Assembly: GCA_028534125.1 (NCBI GenBank)
Contig: CM052816.1
Coordinates: 49,788,001-49,852,000, forward strand
Direction of reading: 5' to 3'
Source of the DNA: Lama glama
Lineage: Eukaryota
DNA: 64,000 nt
Shown: piece after piece, positions 1 through 13,966 of the stretch
How the letters are laid out: each line of letters begins with the position of its first letter
How positions within the stretch are numbered: position 1 is the first letter of the stretch
Program-made: the position numbers and the translations under genes
The notes under the pieces: model-generated
What the model saw: the letters and a program-made list of their open reading frames with translations, nothing else
What the model was told of the DNA's origin: nothing
The model's database searches: none

Positions 1-49
1 CTATCCAAATTCAGTCCTTATTTCAGGGACTGGGCCCACCAACCACAAA

Positions 50-590
50 TGCACAAGCCAGAAATCTGGGAGGGCCTGTGACTTCTTCTTTCATACCCAC
101 CCCCCTCTCAGTCTTCTGTATTCAGTTAGTCGCCAAGGCTGTTTAAACTTTTCATATTCCTGTCCCGCATATGTGGGCAGTTCTTCCCACCCTCATGGCC
201 ACTGTCTAGTCTAAGTAACCGTCCTTTTTCCTTTAAGTATGATAGGCTCCTAAGTGGTCTCCCTGCTTCATTACTTGCTCTCTGCCAAAAAGTTCTCCAC
301 ATAACAGCTGAAGGAATCTCACTAAAATACAAAATCCGCCCCTCGATCATTATCTTGTAGAAAGCCCAGCTCCTGAATGTGGCATTATCTGTCATTATCC
401 AACCTCTGCACGTTTCTCCTGCCTCCCTTCCAGTGACCCCTCCCACTAAACTCTGCCCTCTGGCCATACTAACCAGTATGTGCCTACAGTTACCAGTCCA
501 GGGTGGCTTCTACCTACCTCCAGCCCTTTGCCAGCGTTGTTTCCTCGGCCTGGAAGGCCTGTTCCCTTGGCTGCTTACAAGGTGTCTTCC
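50..590 (+). mobile_element. L2 LINE fragment (old)
   Basis: Degenerate L2 3'-region phrases such as ctcctaagtggtctccctgcttc, ttctccacataacagc and ggcctggaaggcctgttccc. Confidence 0.55.
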
Positions 591-593
591 AGA

Positions 594-755
594 GCAGTGC
601 TTCCCAAACTTTAATGTGCAGACAAGTCGCCTGGAGATATGGTGAAAATACAGATTTGTTTCAGTGGGTCCAGGCTGGGCACAAGATTCTGTATTTTCAG
701 CGATTGCTTCTAGATGATGGCCATAGTCTGGCGGGTGACCCTCTGAGTAGGAAGG
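594..755 (+). mobile_element. MER5-like hAT-Charlie MITE
   Basis: cagtgcttcccaaactttaatgtgca...cctggagatatggtgaaaatacagatt...ttcagtgggtc resembles MER5A. Confidence 0.65.
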
Positions 756-2335
756 TTCTAGATCTCCCTTCAGATATCATTCATCCTGGGAAGACTCGCG
801 TGACCTTTCAAGGTTGGAAAGCTGCTATTATCATAACATGTGGAGCATTCCCACGTATCACGGCACGATGAGCCTGCATCGTTATTGCTTCTTTATTGTA
901 ATGTTACCACAGTCTGATGGACCCATAGCATCACTCTGGATCCTCTGCAATGTGCCCCTTACTGATAGTGCTCCTTCCATTACTGCTGCTATGTCTGCCT
1001 TTGCTCAAAGAACAAGTAAGGCTTCATCACCTGCAGTGCTGGCTCTCAGCTGGAGAATACTCACATTTTCCATGGGGAGTGCATTTTCTGGCACCATCGG
1101 TGTTTTGTGCCACTCTGACAGCGGTGTCCTCTCTCCTGGTCTGTATTCTTCTACACATTGGCAGAAGAGGAGAGGTACTTGAATTTCCTTTCAGTCAGAG
1201 TAGATCCTGCTTGAATACCAAAGCAGAAAACGTAACTATATTTATCCAGAAATATAGACATCATGAAAGTTCCTGTTCAATACTGTAGTGTGAGATTTCA
1301 CCATTTAATCACTCTGTGTCCAATATTATAGAAAGGTTTGCACTTGTCCAATGGCACTTACATAATACGTTGGCTGACATGCTTGTAGGAACAACTAAAG
1401 TTAATCAGAAATCCCTTGCTCTCTTTTCATCTAGATTATTCATCTCAAAATATCTTCGGATTTACCAGGGATCATTAAATTTGACTACTGAAATGAGAGA
1501 TGCTTAAGATTACTCATAAACAGGTCAGGGGGAAATATGAACATAGTGGCTACACTTTATGCCTCCTAATTGATCAATTACAGAAGCCAAGGTAAATTTA
1601 GGGTACCCATTGCCTTAGCTCATTACGGATAAAAATACCTCTGTCAAGAACATAATCAGACTTGCAGCCTTGCTTACTGGGTGGGAGGGAGAATGAGCCT
1701 TCATAAAAGTTAAAGCATTTTCTGTTCTCAGTTGGAAATTTTGAGCAGGAGAGGAATAGGCAAATGAATAAAACATGGTAATAGAATGCAATAAAGCAGA
1801 AATTGAGACATACCCACTAAGTAAGACCACAGAGAGCATACAAATTTCACTGACCATTAAAACGCCTTGTCAGGCAAGATTATGATATTTTTAATCCCTT
1901 AAGTGATTATGTGATAACTGTTACAGAGTTTGCATTTTATTAAAAATTTTAAGAGTATATGAAAGTGGATTAAAGTTTCAACTTCCTAGATTTGACATTT
2001 ATTTTTAGCATGTAACAGCTCAGCAGTTCTAATGACTATTGCCAGATAATTCTACTCTTTAGAACGGATGTAGAAATAACTCTACAATGGTTCATCAGTT
2101 GTATGCCAGATACTGGTGCAGGGACACTATAGAAAATGGCATCCATAGAATAAAGGCCTTCCCTTAGTTCTTTACGCTTCTCCCCTGAAACACGTGTTTA
2201 TGTACAAAAGCAGTGACTCCAAGCCCGAGTCCAGTAAACCTGGTATTAGGGAGCAGGGAGCAGAGAGGGAGGTTGGAGGGCTTGCTGGGGTACTTTGGAT
2301 TCCTACCATATTGAGTGTTGCCAGGATTAAAATAT

Positions 2336-2338
<3 letters not shown>

Positions 2339-2366
<28 letters not shown>
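2339..2366 (+). repeat. (CA)14 microsatellite
   Basis: Read directly. Confidence 0.95.
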
Positions 2367-2371
<5 letters not shown>

Positions 2372-2515
2372 TTTATAAATATTCCTGTGTATTGCTGTTA
2401 GGAATCAAAACGCGTTTTAAAATGTCACTGAATTCTTAAGTTATTACTATGTCTTCTATCAATAAACATGTATAAGCAAAACTGCTACTATAAAGAAAAG
2501 GAAAAGGCAACACAA

Positions 2516-2520
<5 letters not shown>

Positions 2521-2552
<32 letters not shown>
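2521..2552 (+). repeat. (GT)16 microsatellite
   Basis: Read directly. Confidence 0.95.
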
Positions 2553-2554
<2 letters not shown>

Positions 2555-2707
2555 TTAATCCCAAATGCTCCTGCAGTGAAAGAGATAGTATCTTTCGCCT
2601 ACCAACAATCTAGATAAATATGTATAAGATATAAATAGAGAAAGGAGGTAAGTTAGGGATTGTGGAATAAAGAGTTTTACACATAATTCTCTTTTCTAAT
2701 TTGGCCA

Positions 2708-3849
2708 AATTTTGAGTCATTCCCATGTGAAATAAGTTTCCTTGAAAAACAAAATGAGAAATGTTTTTCTCTGCACATAATTTAGGTGGAAGTACATCCA
2801 GTAGATCCAGGTTTTCTCTCCAGGCAAAAAGTAATTTGGAAAGGACTAAGCAATATGGTATTGGTAAACAGTGTTTCTTTCTCATAAAATGCCAGCCAAA
2901 CAGAGAATCTATTTAAGATTTTATTCAGATCTTTCTGTCAGCCAGCATAGGAAAAAAAAGTTTTTAAATGGTTGCTTTTAATGCAATTAATATTTGTTGC
3001 CTGGGTTTAAAGAAAAAAAAATTGAGTTTTTAAACAAATTATTTTTTGATAAATAAAAAGCTTTGCATGATAGCCTGAAATGGTAGAATAATTGAAATGG
3101 GAAAAAAAAGTCTTAAGAAATTATCACCAGTGGATTTCTATATCTTTAGTTTCAAATACTTTTCCAAAATGTAACTTGGTAAAGTAGTCAAAAATCTCTT
3201 CTATTTAAGTCTACTTATAAGTATAGCAGGTATATAATTATTGAAAAAGAATCTGGTTATGTGAAAGTATCTTATAAGTTAAGTTTAATGCTCCCAGCTC
3301 TGTGGGAGGATCTAAGAATATTTGCACCATAAAGACAGCACAGGATACTTAAATACAGAGTGATGGAGAGAGATAATTTGCAAGATTTCCAATTATGTCC
3401 TAATTTAAAGTAACTATGTTAGAAGACATTGTTAGTGCATTCCCCTAAAGGGAACTACACATAGTTACGGATAGCTTTAGGGAGTAGAGTGGCCAAGAAT
3501 TGAATCAGAAGAGGAAGGGGACAATATGACCAATAATAGAAAATGTCAGAAATATTTTAAATTGGTGGTTTGCTAGTTTTATTCCTCACGATCCCAGGAT
3601 TGCCTTGAAGGTCTTGGGTGCCAAGTGGGTGCTAGAAGGCAGAGGAAAGAGCCAACAAGTGAGTTTGGGCAGACTTACTTCCCTCCTCAGTCAGTCTGAG
3701 TAGTCCAACTTTCACCATTTTTGCAGACTTAAGTTCCATGGAAGATTATCTTTGCAAATACAGGGTGCACCCTAAATTATATGCAAAGAAATCATTCCTA
3801 ATTTTGTTTTTCAAGGAAACTTGTTCCGCATTGGAATTACTTTAAAATT
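2708..3849. repeat. Inverted repeat pair: 2708-2786 and 3771-3849
   Basis: Manual alignment of arm 1 to the reverse complement of arm 2 gives ~67/80 identical columns, including an exact 22-mer aagtttccttgaaaaacaaaat. Confidence 0.85.
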
Positions 3850-3872
3850 CAGCATGCTTAAATACCACTGGT
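3562..3872 (+). mobile_element. MER103-like hAT-Charlie element, interrupted by the second inverted-repeat arm
   Basis: Degenerate match to recalled MER103C (...gagtagtccaactttcaccattttt...ttccatggaagatt...tttgcaaa), ending aaataccactg. Confidence 0.4.
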
Positions 3873-6392
3873 TTAGAATTTAAGGAGGAGGTCTTATGGC
3901 AGGTGGACAAAGAGATTCAATAGCAGTACTTGGACGATTCTCTCTATTCTTCCTTTAATGTGATTAAAGGATGCTATTTATAAAATGAAGGAGCCAGGAT
4001 GCAGATAGGAGAAAGCTGTCACCCCAAGGGTTTCTTATTTCAAAGGGGAATGGAGGAGAGTATGTGTGATTTATACTTTTTGTCACATTACTTTGATTTT
4101 GTTTTATTCGTGGAATTTTTAAAAAATTTCAGGTAATATTAACAAGGGCGTGAAGTCTTTATGTTCAAAGAATGGAAATGTGCCTTTTATAAAGGCAAGA
4201 AATACTGCTTTACTATAATTAAGGTTTTGCTTAAAGAACAGTTTATTACCACTGGGGCTCTTTTATTCCTTCCTCACTGGAATTATTCATTCTAATGTTT
4301 CATATTAGTGACTATTTCAAGCTAGTCTCTTGTTTAGGTAACTTGAATCTTCCAGGACAGCAACTAGTGCTTCCACAGATACTTCAGCAGTCGTTGATTT
4401 GGGTAGACACTTAATCCGCACCAAGGTTTTAAAGCTTTGTGTTTATACATTACTAATCCAGAAGAGAACGCCAAAGTCGATAATCATTAACTAATTAATC
4501 AAAAGATCTCATTTTAAAAATAATTTGATGGTCATAACTTTCAGAATATGATGTATGATAATAATTATTAGTCAGCAATAATATTTCTGTAACATTTGAA
4601 ATGAATAGATTCATGTAAAATATCTTTCATCTTTCCAGGCTGTACTTTGTTGAAAATAATTAAGTAGTGAAAAAACCCTGAAATATGTGCATATATTAGA
4701 GTGTCTTCATAGATAAAGTACCTTAAAACTGGAATTGGCAATGAACTTAATCATTGGAATATAAACGTATTTCAAGCGTTAGGTGCTTGCAAAATTTTTT
4801 ATTTATTTGCTTGCCTCCATCTCTTCCTTGCACCTTTGTTAACCAGTGTCTAGATGGCCATGTTTTGAATCTTTCATTGAAATGGTCATAGTAAGACCAT
4901 ACATTGTGAAGAGACTTTGGAAAATTAATGGTATGTTTAGCCTTATTTATAAAGGTTCATGGAGCATATAGTCTAAATCAACCTGATAATGGCCCAGTCA
5001 GTATTTTGCCTTACTGCCATCTATGGAATAAATGTAGATTTTTTTAATCTAAAGAATTTATGAAGTGGACTGCTGCACACAGTTATCATATTCTCTAAAT
5101 TATTTGCTGTTATGAACTGGCTTGGTGTTTTCCAAAGTCTACCTTTCAGTGTTTCTGTAGGTCCATGCTGGGAATTGCCATCTAGAAACGTAGTGTGCGA
5201 AAATAGCCCTTATTATCTACGATCATTCTTGCATCACTGAATCCCTATGTGATGCACCTGCTAAGCCTTGTGAAACCTCCAAAGGCCAACTAATAGATTG
5301 CAGGGCATAAAATGGAAATTATCTGAATTCACAAATTTGCCAAATGTGGATGACAAATATATTCACTGAAGCAGGGAATGTGAGTACACTCAGTTTGACA
5401 TGGGGAACTCTGGGGAGATCAGGATCTTTTGCCAAGACATCAGGGGGAAAGAGAGCAGTGAGGAAAACCCACATTTCACCTATGATGAGGGTGGCAGATA
5501 ATTAAAAAGTATACGTCAGCCTCCTGCCCAAACTTAAGAGGTGCTGTTTGTAACTGTGAGTGCAATTACATACAGTCTTGTTTCTCCTCACCCCTGTTGC
5601 CATCAACACAAAGTTGTCCAGATACCATGTTCCTTGTGCTGCTTAACTCATGGCCAAGATTAAATGACGATGAGTGGCCAAGAGACAGTGATCATGTGTG
5701 CAGTGTTGAGAGCATGAACGTGTTAACTTTCATAAGGTTCATGTGAATTTAAATAAAAGTGAGAAAAATAAGAGGTGTGATCAAAGAAGAAAAACATGTT
5801 GTTGGATGAAATTTGGAAGCAGATGGTGAATCGATGAGGCAGATACAGTAAGATAGAGTGATTGGTTACCGGAAAGTACATCTAGCTTTTTCTAATTAAA
5901 AAAAAAAAAAGATTTAACTACTTTATTGTACTCTTACCCTTAATAAAAGAGACTTCTACAATATCAAGCTCACTGTTGATGTTATTATGAAAAGTAGAGT
6001 TTTTGCAGTTCAACTAGGTAAAGAAAGAAAGTGGGAGTAGACCAGTTGCCATAGGGATTCTAAACAAAGCTGTGAGATGAAATATGCAGTACAGGGATGG
6101 CACTTAAGAAGCAAGCAACATAAATGTTTAATCAGAAGGAAATATTCAGAATCTGAAAAATACAGAATATGTTGAAATGACTTTGCATTCTAAAGGTATG
6201 CTGTAAAGCAACGCTTCATATCACATTCACAAATATAGGTCTTTACTCTATAAATAATACAAAAGATTCTTAAGGTATCCATTTTCTGTGCTGCCCTGTG
6301 CCCTTCACTTAACCTGCTTCCTTCATCCTTTGCTCTGTTACTTGACATCTAATCATTTCACCAAGTCATCTTTCTGACCTCCTCCTGTTAGC

Positions 6393-6997
6393 TGTTATGT
6401 TAGTTTTCTATTGCTGCGTAACAAATTATTACATCCTAAAACACTGCATATTTATTTTGTCATGGTTGCTGACGGTCAGGAGTCCAGGTGTGGTTTAGCT
6501 AGGTCCTCTGCTCAGGGACTCAAAAGGACTCAGTAGAGGTGTCATTTGGGCCATATGCACATCTGGAAGCTTGGCTGGGGAAAAATCTGCTCCCAAGCCA
6601 ATTCAGATTGTTGTCAGAATTCATTTCCTTGTTGCTGGATGAGGGCCCCGCTGTTTAGATGGCTCTCAGCTGGAGGCTGCCCTCACGTCCTAGAGGACAC
6701 TTTAGTTGCTAGAGGCCACATTCTCGTAGAGGTGACCCAGAGTTTCCTGACATGTAGATTGCTCAACATGGTCTGTGAATTTATCAAGCCAGCTAGAAGA
6801 AACTAGGGCAGTCTGCTAAGACAGAGTCTCATATAATATAATGTGAACAGGAACTGAAATCCCACTGTCTTTGTTATAGTCTGTTGGTTAGAAGCAAGTC
6901 AGAGGTCTTGCCTACACTCGGTGGAGGGGACTATACACCCGTGTGGACAGCAGGGAGGCTGAAATCATGGGGCCACCCTGAAGCCCGTCCACCACAC
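6393..6997 (-). mobile_element. MLT1-type MaLR solo LTR
   Basis: tgttagttttctattgctgcgtaacaaatta...ggtcaggagtccagg...ctgttggttagaagcaagtc...ccaccaca. Confidence 0.8.
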
Positions 6998-7964
6998 CAT
7001 TAAGTCCATACTTTTGCCAAATACCTCTTACAAGATCCACTTATCTCTTTAGCCAGCCTCCATTCCACTGTGTCCTTTGTCCCCTTTCACTCAAAGAACT
7101 GATGTTAAATCACATGCTATAAAGACACAAAATAACCATCAGGGACATTCCATCTCCCCTTCCCAAAAGATAAGGAGTAATACATGTTTCAAGATAGCAT
7201 CAGTAAAGGGAAAAATCAGAACATTTTTCTGGCCAGTGCAGCTCCTTTATCTGGGAGCCATCTCCATTCCACAGAGCTGTTAGCAAAGCGTCACATTTGG
7301 ACAGTGGGAACAGAAGCAACCCTAGCACATGGGGTGGGGGAGAGGAGCAAAAAGGAAGTGAGTGAGACTCCAGATCTTTATCGAATGGGACTAATCTTTT
7401 CTTGTATCTGGAAGAGGATGAGCAGATGGGGTAGAGCTGCTGCTTCTCTCTGCTCAGCATTTGTTAAAATGAGAGAGAAATTATATTTCCCCACAAGCTC
7501 AGTTCCTAGAGTTTAATACCTAGGGAAGAACTGATACTCCACGGCCAGGGATTCAATTATCCTGAACCACGTGGAAGTGAAAGTAAGCAATCTGAAGTTT
7601 ACTTTGTCCCTAAATCAGTTGGTGAATAAAAGCCTTAATGTTTGATTTTTTCTTTTTACCTTAACATCATCTTCCAATGACTTAAAAATATTCCCTCTCA
7701 AAAGATTCTCAACTTGAAAAAGCTGACCACTTCTACAGGTGGTGATAACTTGCCCTTGACCTAGGATTAAGAAATGTCATCCTAGGTGGTCCTAATACAG
7801 CTGCTGTTGTTCTCTATAACATCTTTACGTTGGATTTTAAATTGGTGGCATTTTATTTCTAGAAAACTCAGCTTATATTGCTCTTTGGAAACAAACATAT
7901 TTTTGGCTAAAAACAAAGGAAAATCATTCCGAAACATATCTTGGTATAGCATTTTACTTTTAGA

Positions 7965-8160
7965 GAAATATTTTCATATTTCATTTAACCTTGAGAACAA
8001 CTATATGAGGAAGTCAGGGACAGTTGCTATGAACCCCATTTTGTAGGAAAGGAAACTGGCTCAGAAAGGATACGTGATTGTCCAAGGGTACGCAAGCAAA
8101 AAATGACTGAGGTCCCGTTGAGTCCAGGCTGCCAGCTCTGCACAGGGAGCTCTTCCATGT
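7965..8160 (-). mobile_element. MIR SINE
   Basis: Core ccccattttgtaggaaaggaaactggctcagaaagg...tgtccaaggg. Confidence 0.7.
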
Positions 8161-9674
8161 ACTTCCTGACTAGAACAGATGAGCTCTGTGCAAAATGGGA
8201 CAGACACCAAATCTAGAGGAAATCATTAAAGCAGGGCTGTTTCCCTCTTGCTCTTATGGGATCATAGTTTTTAATTGATCATTTTTTTTTAATTTCAGAG
8301 GAAAATGTATTTAAATTCAATAAATATAAAACTGACTGAATTTCATTCATCTTTAAAAAAGAAATTGCCCGAGTCAGAAAAAAAATATGATTAGTTGTTT
8401 TATGTGTCAGTAGATTTGGTAATTATGCATTATTTTATTGAGCAGCCCAATAAGCACATAAATCACTTGAAATGTCAACACACAAATGTGTTGATTTTGG
8501 CTGCCTTAATGCTGCCGTTACTTTTCTCCTCGAATATGAGAAAGAACTTACAAAGATACCTTTCTGATCAGTTTTAGTGTGGATCTGAAATGGTAGTATC
8601 TAAACAAGGAGAGTCATTTTCAGTGGGAAAAAGCGAGTTGCAGGCAAGCATATCCTGTGTAGTCAGAAGACAGTGCCACACCTAAGAGAGATCTGGAGAC
8701 CTTCACTGTGTGCTAGTCTGAGGCCCCAGCCCAGGTTCCATTTTGCTTTCTAGTAGACATTGGTGACACTGTAACAAATGTAATTTGAGATTTTTCTTCA
8801 TAAACTAAATATAAGGTATATAGTTAATTATACATATGAACTATATGGGATATAGGGTGATATCTAGATATATTATCTGATATGATCTGTAAAACAAAAA
8901 TTTTTAACTCAAAGAAATATGAAAAAGAATGTGTTACATTATTCTTTTTAAGACTCTTTTTTAAGTGTGTAATTTTTCCTCCTCAGAGACTATAGCAAAA
9001 ATGTGGAGATTTGGACACAAGTGATGAGTCTGCATATACTGGACATGTATATGGATAATGAGAGAAAGTTGCAGTGACCATTTAAAAGATTAAGCTGTAA
9101 GAAGCAAACACTTTGAAAGATAAGCCCCAGATACACAAAGGATCTGCACTTTTCAGAAATGGAAAATTGATTTTTAGCAGATGCTTTTTTTCTAGCACAC
9201 CTCAAAGGGGGCGTAGGGAATGTCTCCCTATGAAAAATTGGATACATATTTTGACATATACTAAACATTAAAATGTCCGCCTACTAATGTCACCAGAAAT
9301 TAAAGATAGAATACTATTTAGTAGTCTAAGTCAAAAGATTTAAATTTACATCATACTGTATGAATACATGGTACTTTTTAAAAAGGCATAAAATGCTACT
9401 GAATTGCACATTGGACTCACAAATTATGTACTGGTGATAGACTTTTTCTGTTGGACACTAAAACAAGAAGAAACTAAGCTGTTTGCAATGGAGTGTTCTA
9501 TATAAAAATTGATAGCCAGGGACTGCCCAAATTCAGAGATTAACCTAAGAAGATTGAAAAACAGAAACATAATGTTAAAGGTGGACCGAAGGCATTTTAT
9601 AAAGAATCTAAAATCCAGAGAGGTTAAAGGATTTCTTCCAGTAGAGTACATGATAAAAACCTAATGGCCTTTCC

Positions 9675-9880
9675 TTTTTTTTTTTTTAATTGAAGTATAG
9701 TCAGTTACAGTGTATCAATTTCTGGTGTACAGCATAATGTTCCAGCCATGCATGTATATACATATATTCCTTTTCATGTTCTTTTTCATGAAAGGTTATT
9801 GCAAGATATTGACTATAGTTCCCTGTGCTGTACAGAAGAAATTTGTTTTTTATCTGTTTTTATATATAGTGGTTAACATT
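9675..9880 (-). mobile_element. Young 5'-truncated L1 3' end
   Basis: Poly(T), then aattgaagtatagtcagttaca...gttccctgtgctgtacag. Near-perfect TSD gcctttcctttt (9667) / gcctttactttt (9881). Confidence 0.85.
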
Positions 9881-9904
9881 GCCTTTACTTTTAAAATGGC
9901 ACAT

Positions 9905-10365
9905 TTAAGTTAAAATCTAAATTCCTTAGGCTGTAAATGTCTTCATTTCAACTGGCTGTTGACTCAGAAAGCCCTTCACAAGTTGTTCAAACCTTCCATT
10001 CCAGCCTCCTTCTCCTAAGGTTCTTTCTGCCCTATATTCCAGCCACAAGAAAATGCTCCTCCTTCTCTAAACACAAAAAGCTCTTTCAAGATACTGTACA
10101 TTTGCAAGTGAACTCCTGGTCTGGAATGTCCCTCCCTCCTTTCTTCACTATCCAACTCATACCATTCCTTCAACATTCAGGCTCACCTGGGCTCTGCTGG
10201 CTCTCCACTCACTGTAGGCATTTTTGTTCTTTGCCTCAAGAGTCCACACCTCACCTGTAAGCTATGCATACCCGGGTCTGCTTCTCCAAGACACCAGAGT
10301 TCCACAAGGAAATTTTAGTCACCTGAGGGCTTAGCACATAGTAGGCACTCACTAAATACTGGATT
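9905..10365 (+). mobile_element. L2 LINE 3' fragment
   Basis: ttccagccac...ctggaatgtccctccc...agggcttagcacatagtaggcactcactaaatac (L2 terminus). Confidence 0.7.
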
Positions 10366-10484
10366 AACCTTTGGATAAATAGAGTAGAAGAGGACATTTA
10401 ATAGAAGTCTTTATTATTGATTAATATGTAGCATAGGGAATCACAGAGATTTTTCAAATGGAAAGAAAATTCAAAAATCTAAAC

Positions 10485-10600
10485 TATGCCTCTCATTTTA
10501 CAAACGTGTTCAGGGAGGTGAATTAATTTACTTAAGGTTACTAAGCTAGTGTACAACAGATTCAGGATTTAAATCCATATCATCTGGTTTTAATTCTACA
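10485..10600 (-). mobile_element. MIR SINE fragment
   Basis: ctcattttacaaacg...cttaaggttactaagctagt...caggatttaaatcca. Confidence 0.55.
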
Positions 10601-13472
10601 TCATAAGCCATGTGATGGAAGAAACTTTGTTATGTCTTGGTCATTTGGAATTTGAGTTGTACATAAAAATAGAAAAATGTTTTGCAAGTATTGGGGAGCA
10701 TGTGATGACTGATCTTTTACACAAGCCATTGTTTTTGGGTTTTTTTTTAATCATTGGAGTGGTTTGTTGATTATGTCTTTTTTTTATTTTTTACATCAAA
10801 AAAAAAGTGGTATGGAACATTTTTCATGCACATTTTAAAATCAAGGAACTTAATTAGCCTCTCCATTTTTTTTTCAGTAAGCATTGATCTTGTTTCCAGT
10901 TTTTATTTTCATATTCCACATTTGTAACCCTATACTTTTTAATGTGAAATTTTGTATCTCACTGTAAACCTTAGTTGGCCCTGAAAGTTTTTTTTTAATG
11001 TATCAATTCCAACATCACAGTCACCTAAAACAGGTCAGATCTCAGTACTTAACAATACAAACCTATCCATAAGCTATGAAAAGCATATTTAAGGTTGCAT
11101 GAAATAATTTACTGAATTTTAGAGTAATGAATTTAACATTTTTACCTAGCACTAGACAGGTAAAATACATAAAACAATCAGCAAGAGAGTTCGGGCAAAC
11201 ATAAAATCAAGGCCACCTTATTTTTAAAAGGTAGGGATTTTTTCCTTCTCTTTTAACCAAAAATTGATTTCAGGAATAAGAGTAAGCATGACATGACAGA
11301 GCAGAGGGTGTATGCCCTGATTTACTTCTTTGGTATACAAAAGTATCCATCTTCCAAAGCTTTCTGGGCATGGCACAAACATACAGACATTACAATTAAA
11401 TTCAATTAAATCCTGTCACTAAAAACCCACACTTCATATTCATAACCAAGAGTGAAGAAATAAATGAGGATTTATAAAGAATATTTTGTCCAATCAAAAG
11501 AATATCTTCCATTTTTCCTCACAGGTATGCCATACCAGCACTCAGTAAACTACAGAAATCATTATGCCAGAACAGAAAACTAGTACAGTGTCCTATACTG
11601 ATCACGAGAGGTTCTGATTATATTTATATCTGACTATTTTTCTCTGGGGTAATCAGCATACCAGGGAATATAACATATAATTAGCATGAAAAAGAACCTA
11701 CAATCACCAAGTGGAAAGAGCCTTTTCCATTCTCCTGCATTCTTCCTTTTCCTTAGTCTGAGATAGAAGAAGAGAGAATCAAGGAGATGTTTGAGGAGCA
11801 AATTAAGGGAGTTTAAAAGTTGTAGAAATCATACTCTGCTTATACAGTATGTGTGTGTGTGTACACGTATGAATGTGCACCCCTGCTTAGTGCTATGATG
11901 TATTACCTATGCAGGTAAGCCTCCTTTCTTCATAACATAGTCTGGTCTGTCATAGGCAGAAGCTGTCTGGGTGTGAATGGGTTGCATTTTATGCCAGAGA
12001 CAGGCAGAGGAGCAGATGATATCCGGTGCAGCATTTTTCAGGACCCTCAGTTCTTCAGTGATCTGGATGGAAGTCGTCAGCATGATGGCCTCTCTGGCTT
12101 TTTATCTCTGAGTACTTCTAGCCTTCACAATTGAGAGCACCTCATGCGTACTTGAAGTTTCATCCCCTAGAGTCCCAAACTCTGGAGTTCATCTTATTCC
12201 AAGACAGTGGACGTGTAAAACCCTATCATAGGAACTCTGGATCAGGTATCATTAGAATTGCTGCTGTTCCTCTCTGTTGCTAGATGCAGCTTTGGACCAC
12301 AGTCCTATTTGGTCTCCCAAGTGATTCCCTGCATGATATTCCATCCCTTCCCAAATTTAGCCTCACCAGTATTCCCTGAGAAGAGAATCCAACCACTGAG
12401 GGGACATCGTCTTATACCCATGTCTTTGCTCGGTGATACAGGGTGTCTGTGTGCTTGGATCTTCACCTGTTGTTTTCTGTAGACATCTCCAAAACTCCTA
12501 GCAGTACCATTTGCACCCCATCTGTCACTCTATTTCTTAAATAGTGCTTATTGCTGGATGTCTCTGAGATCTACAACCTTCTACAGAAGGTCTCTTGTCT
12601 TTGGTCACTCTTGGGTCCCCAAAATTCCAACAGCCAACTTAACATGCTGTCTCCCAAGAAACATTCCTCTGCTCCAGCCTCTTCAGACGGTGTGGAGTTC
12701 AAATTCTCAGAGTCTACCTCTTGCACCCTAGCAAGAAAATCCAACCCATACTGCTTCTCTTAACCTCCTGATTCTGAAACTTACTTGGCAAAATGATATT
12801 GGACTTGATAATCTACTAGTTTCCTCTAGTTGCCCTGGTTTCTTATCTACCTATTTCTGACATTTTAACTCAGTCATTCCTAAGGGCTGTCATTGGCTGT
12901 CATTTTGGTGCTGTTTATCTTGATTTAAGTTCTGATTAAATTGAGTGAACAGTGCAGAAGAAAGAAAAAGACCCTGCCCTTTTACCTACCAGATTGTCCC
13001 TGGGTTTTCCATTCTTATTACTAGTCTTTGAATCTAGAAATCTTTACCTCGTTCTGCAATACTGACAAAGCATTAAAGCCATTCTCACTAACTGTAACAT
13101 TTTCCTGCCAAGGTTTATATTGCCCAGTGCTGCCAATTCACAGTGCTAAGATGTACAAGCAGATTTTTAATACTACACCTTAAAACTTCTCTCTCAAGAA
13201 AATCTTTTTCTCCACTCAAGCATTTCTTTAGATATTTGCACATCATTTTTCCTTGCTGCTTATCTATGAAGAAAAGTTGACCCTGCTATATTTTAAAAAC
13301 AAGCCCCAATCTGTGTTCCTGGTCAGTTTCTTTCCATCTTATCTGTCCACCTATCTATTAAGCATGTTCCTGGATACATAACACATGAAAACCTTACGAT
13401 AAACTTAGAAGATGCAAAGATGACTAAAATATGATTGGAGTAGTCAAGGAGTTCAGAATCTAGTAGAGGACA

Positions 13473-13966
13473 TGTTGCAGAAACACAGCCTCCATACCCT
13501 GCTTACCAAATTGAGATGAGGACAGAGTTTTGGATGAAGCAGAAAAGGCAGCTTTATTTCTTTGCCAGGCAAAGGAGGTCACAGTGGACTAATGCCTCTA
13601 AGATTGTGAGCCTACTGGGAAGAGAAGGCAGAGGATTTTATAGTAAAAGTTCAACAGTTCAAGGGGCAGACCTAGTTTCCATAGAGATCTCTTACAGAGT
13701 AACAAAGCATTGCAAAGTTGTTCTTGCTTTTGCAGATGCAGTGGTCCCCTTCCCTCTGCTGGGTATGAAATTCACCTCTGGCTTTAGGACTCTCTTAATA
13801 TTCTTGTGCCTAGAACAAAGGATGCACAGAAAGGGGCTCCTTGGAAAAGAGCTCTAGAGAAAAACTTGTGCAGTTTAAAGTCAGGTTGATAAATGCTTTT
13901 AGTGTTTTAATCAGGCTGAAGCCTGGGATTTCTTGCTGTAGGCTGAGGCCTGCAGCTCAAACAACA
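13473..13966 (-). mobile_element. ERV solo LTR (~494 bp) inserted in an L2 remnant
   Basis: TGTTG...CAACA termini, TSD-like ggaca (13468-13472) / ggata (13967-13971), minus-strand AATAAA at 13553-13558. Confidence 0.75.

Noticed and set aside
126..1288. Cluster of overlapping 88-122 aa ORFs
   Set aside because: They overlap L2 and MER5 remnants, show no recognisable domain or splice structure, and most use non-ATG starts.
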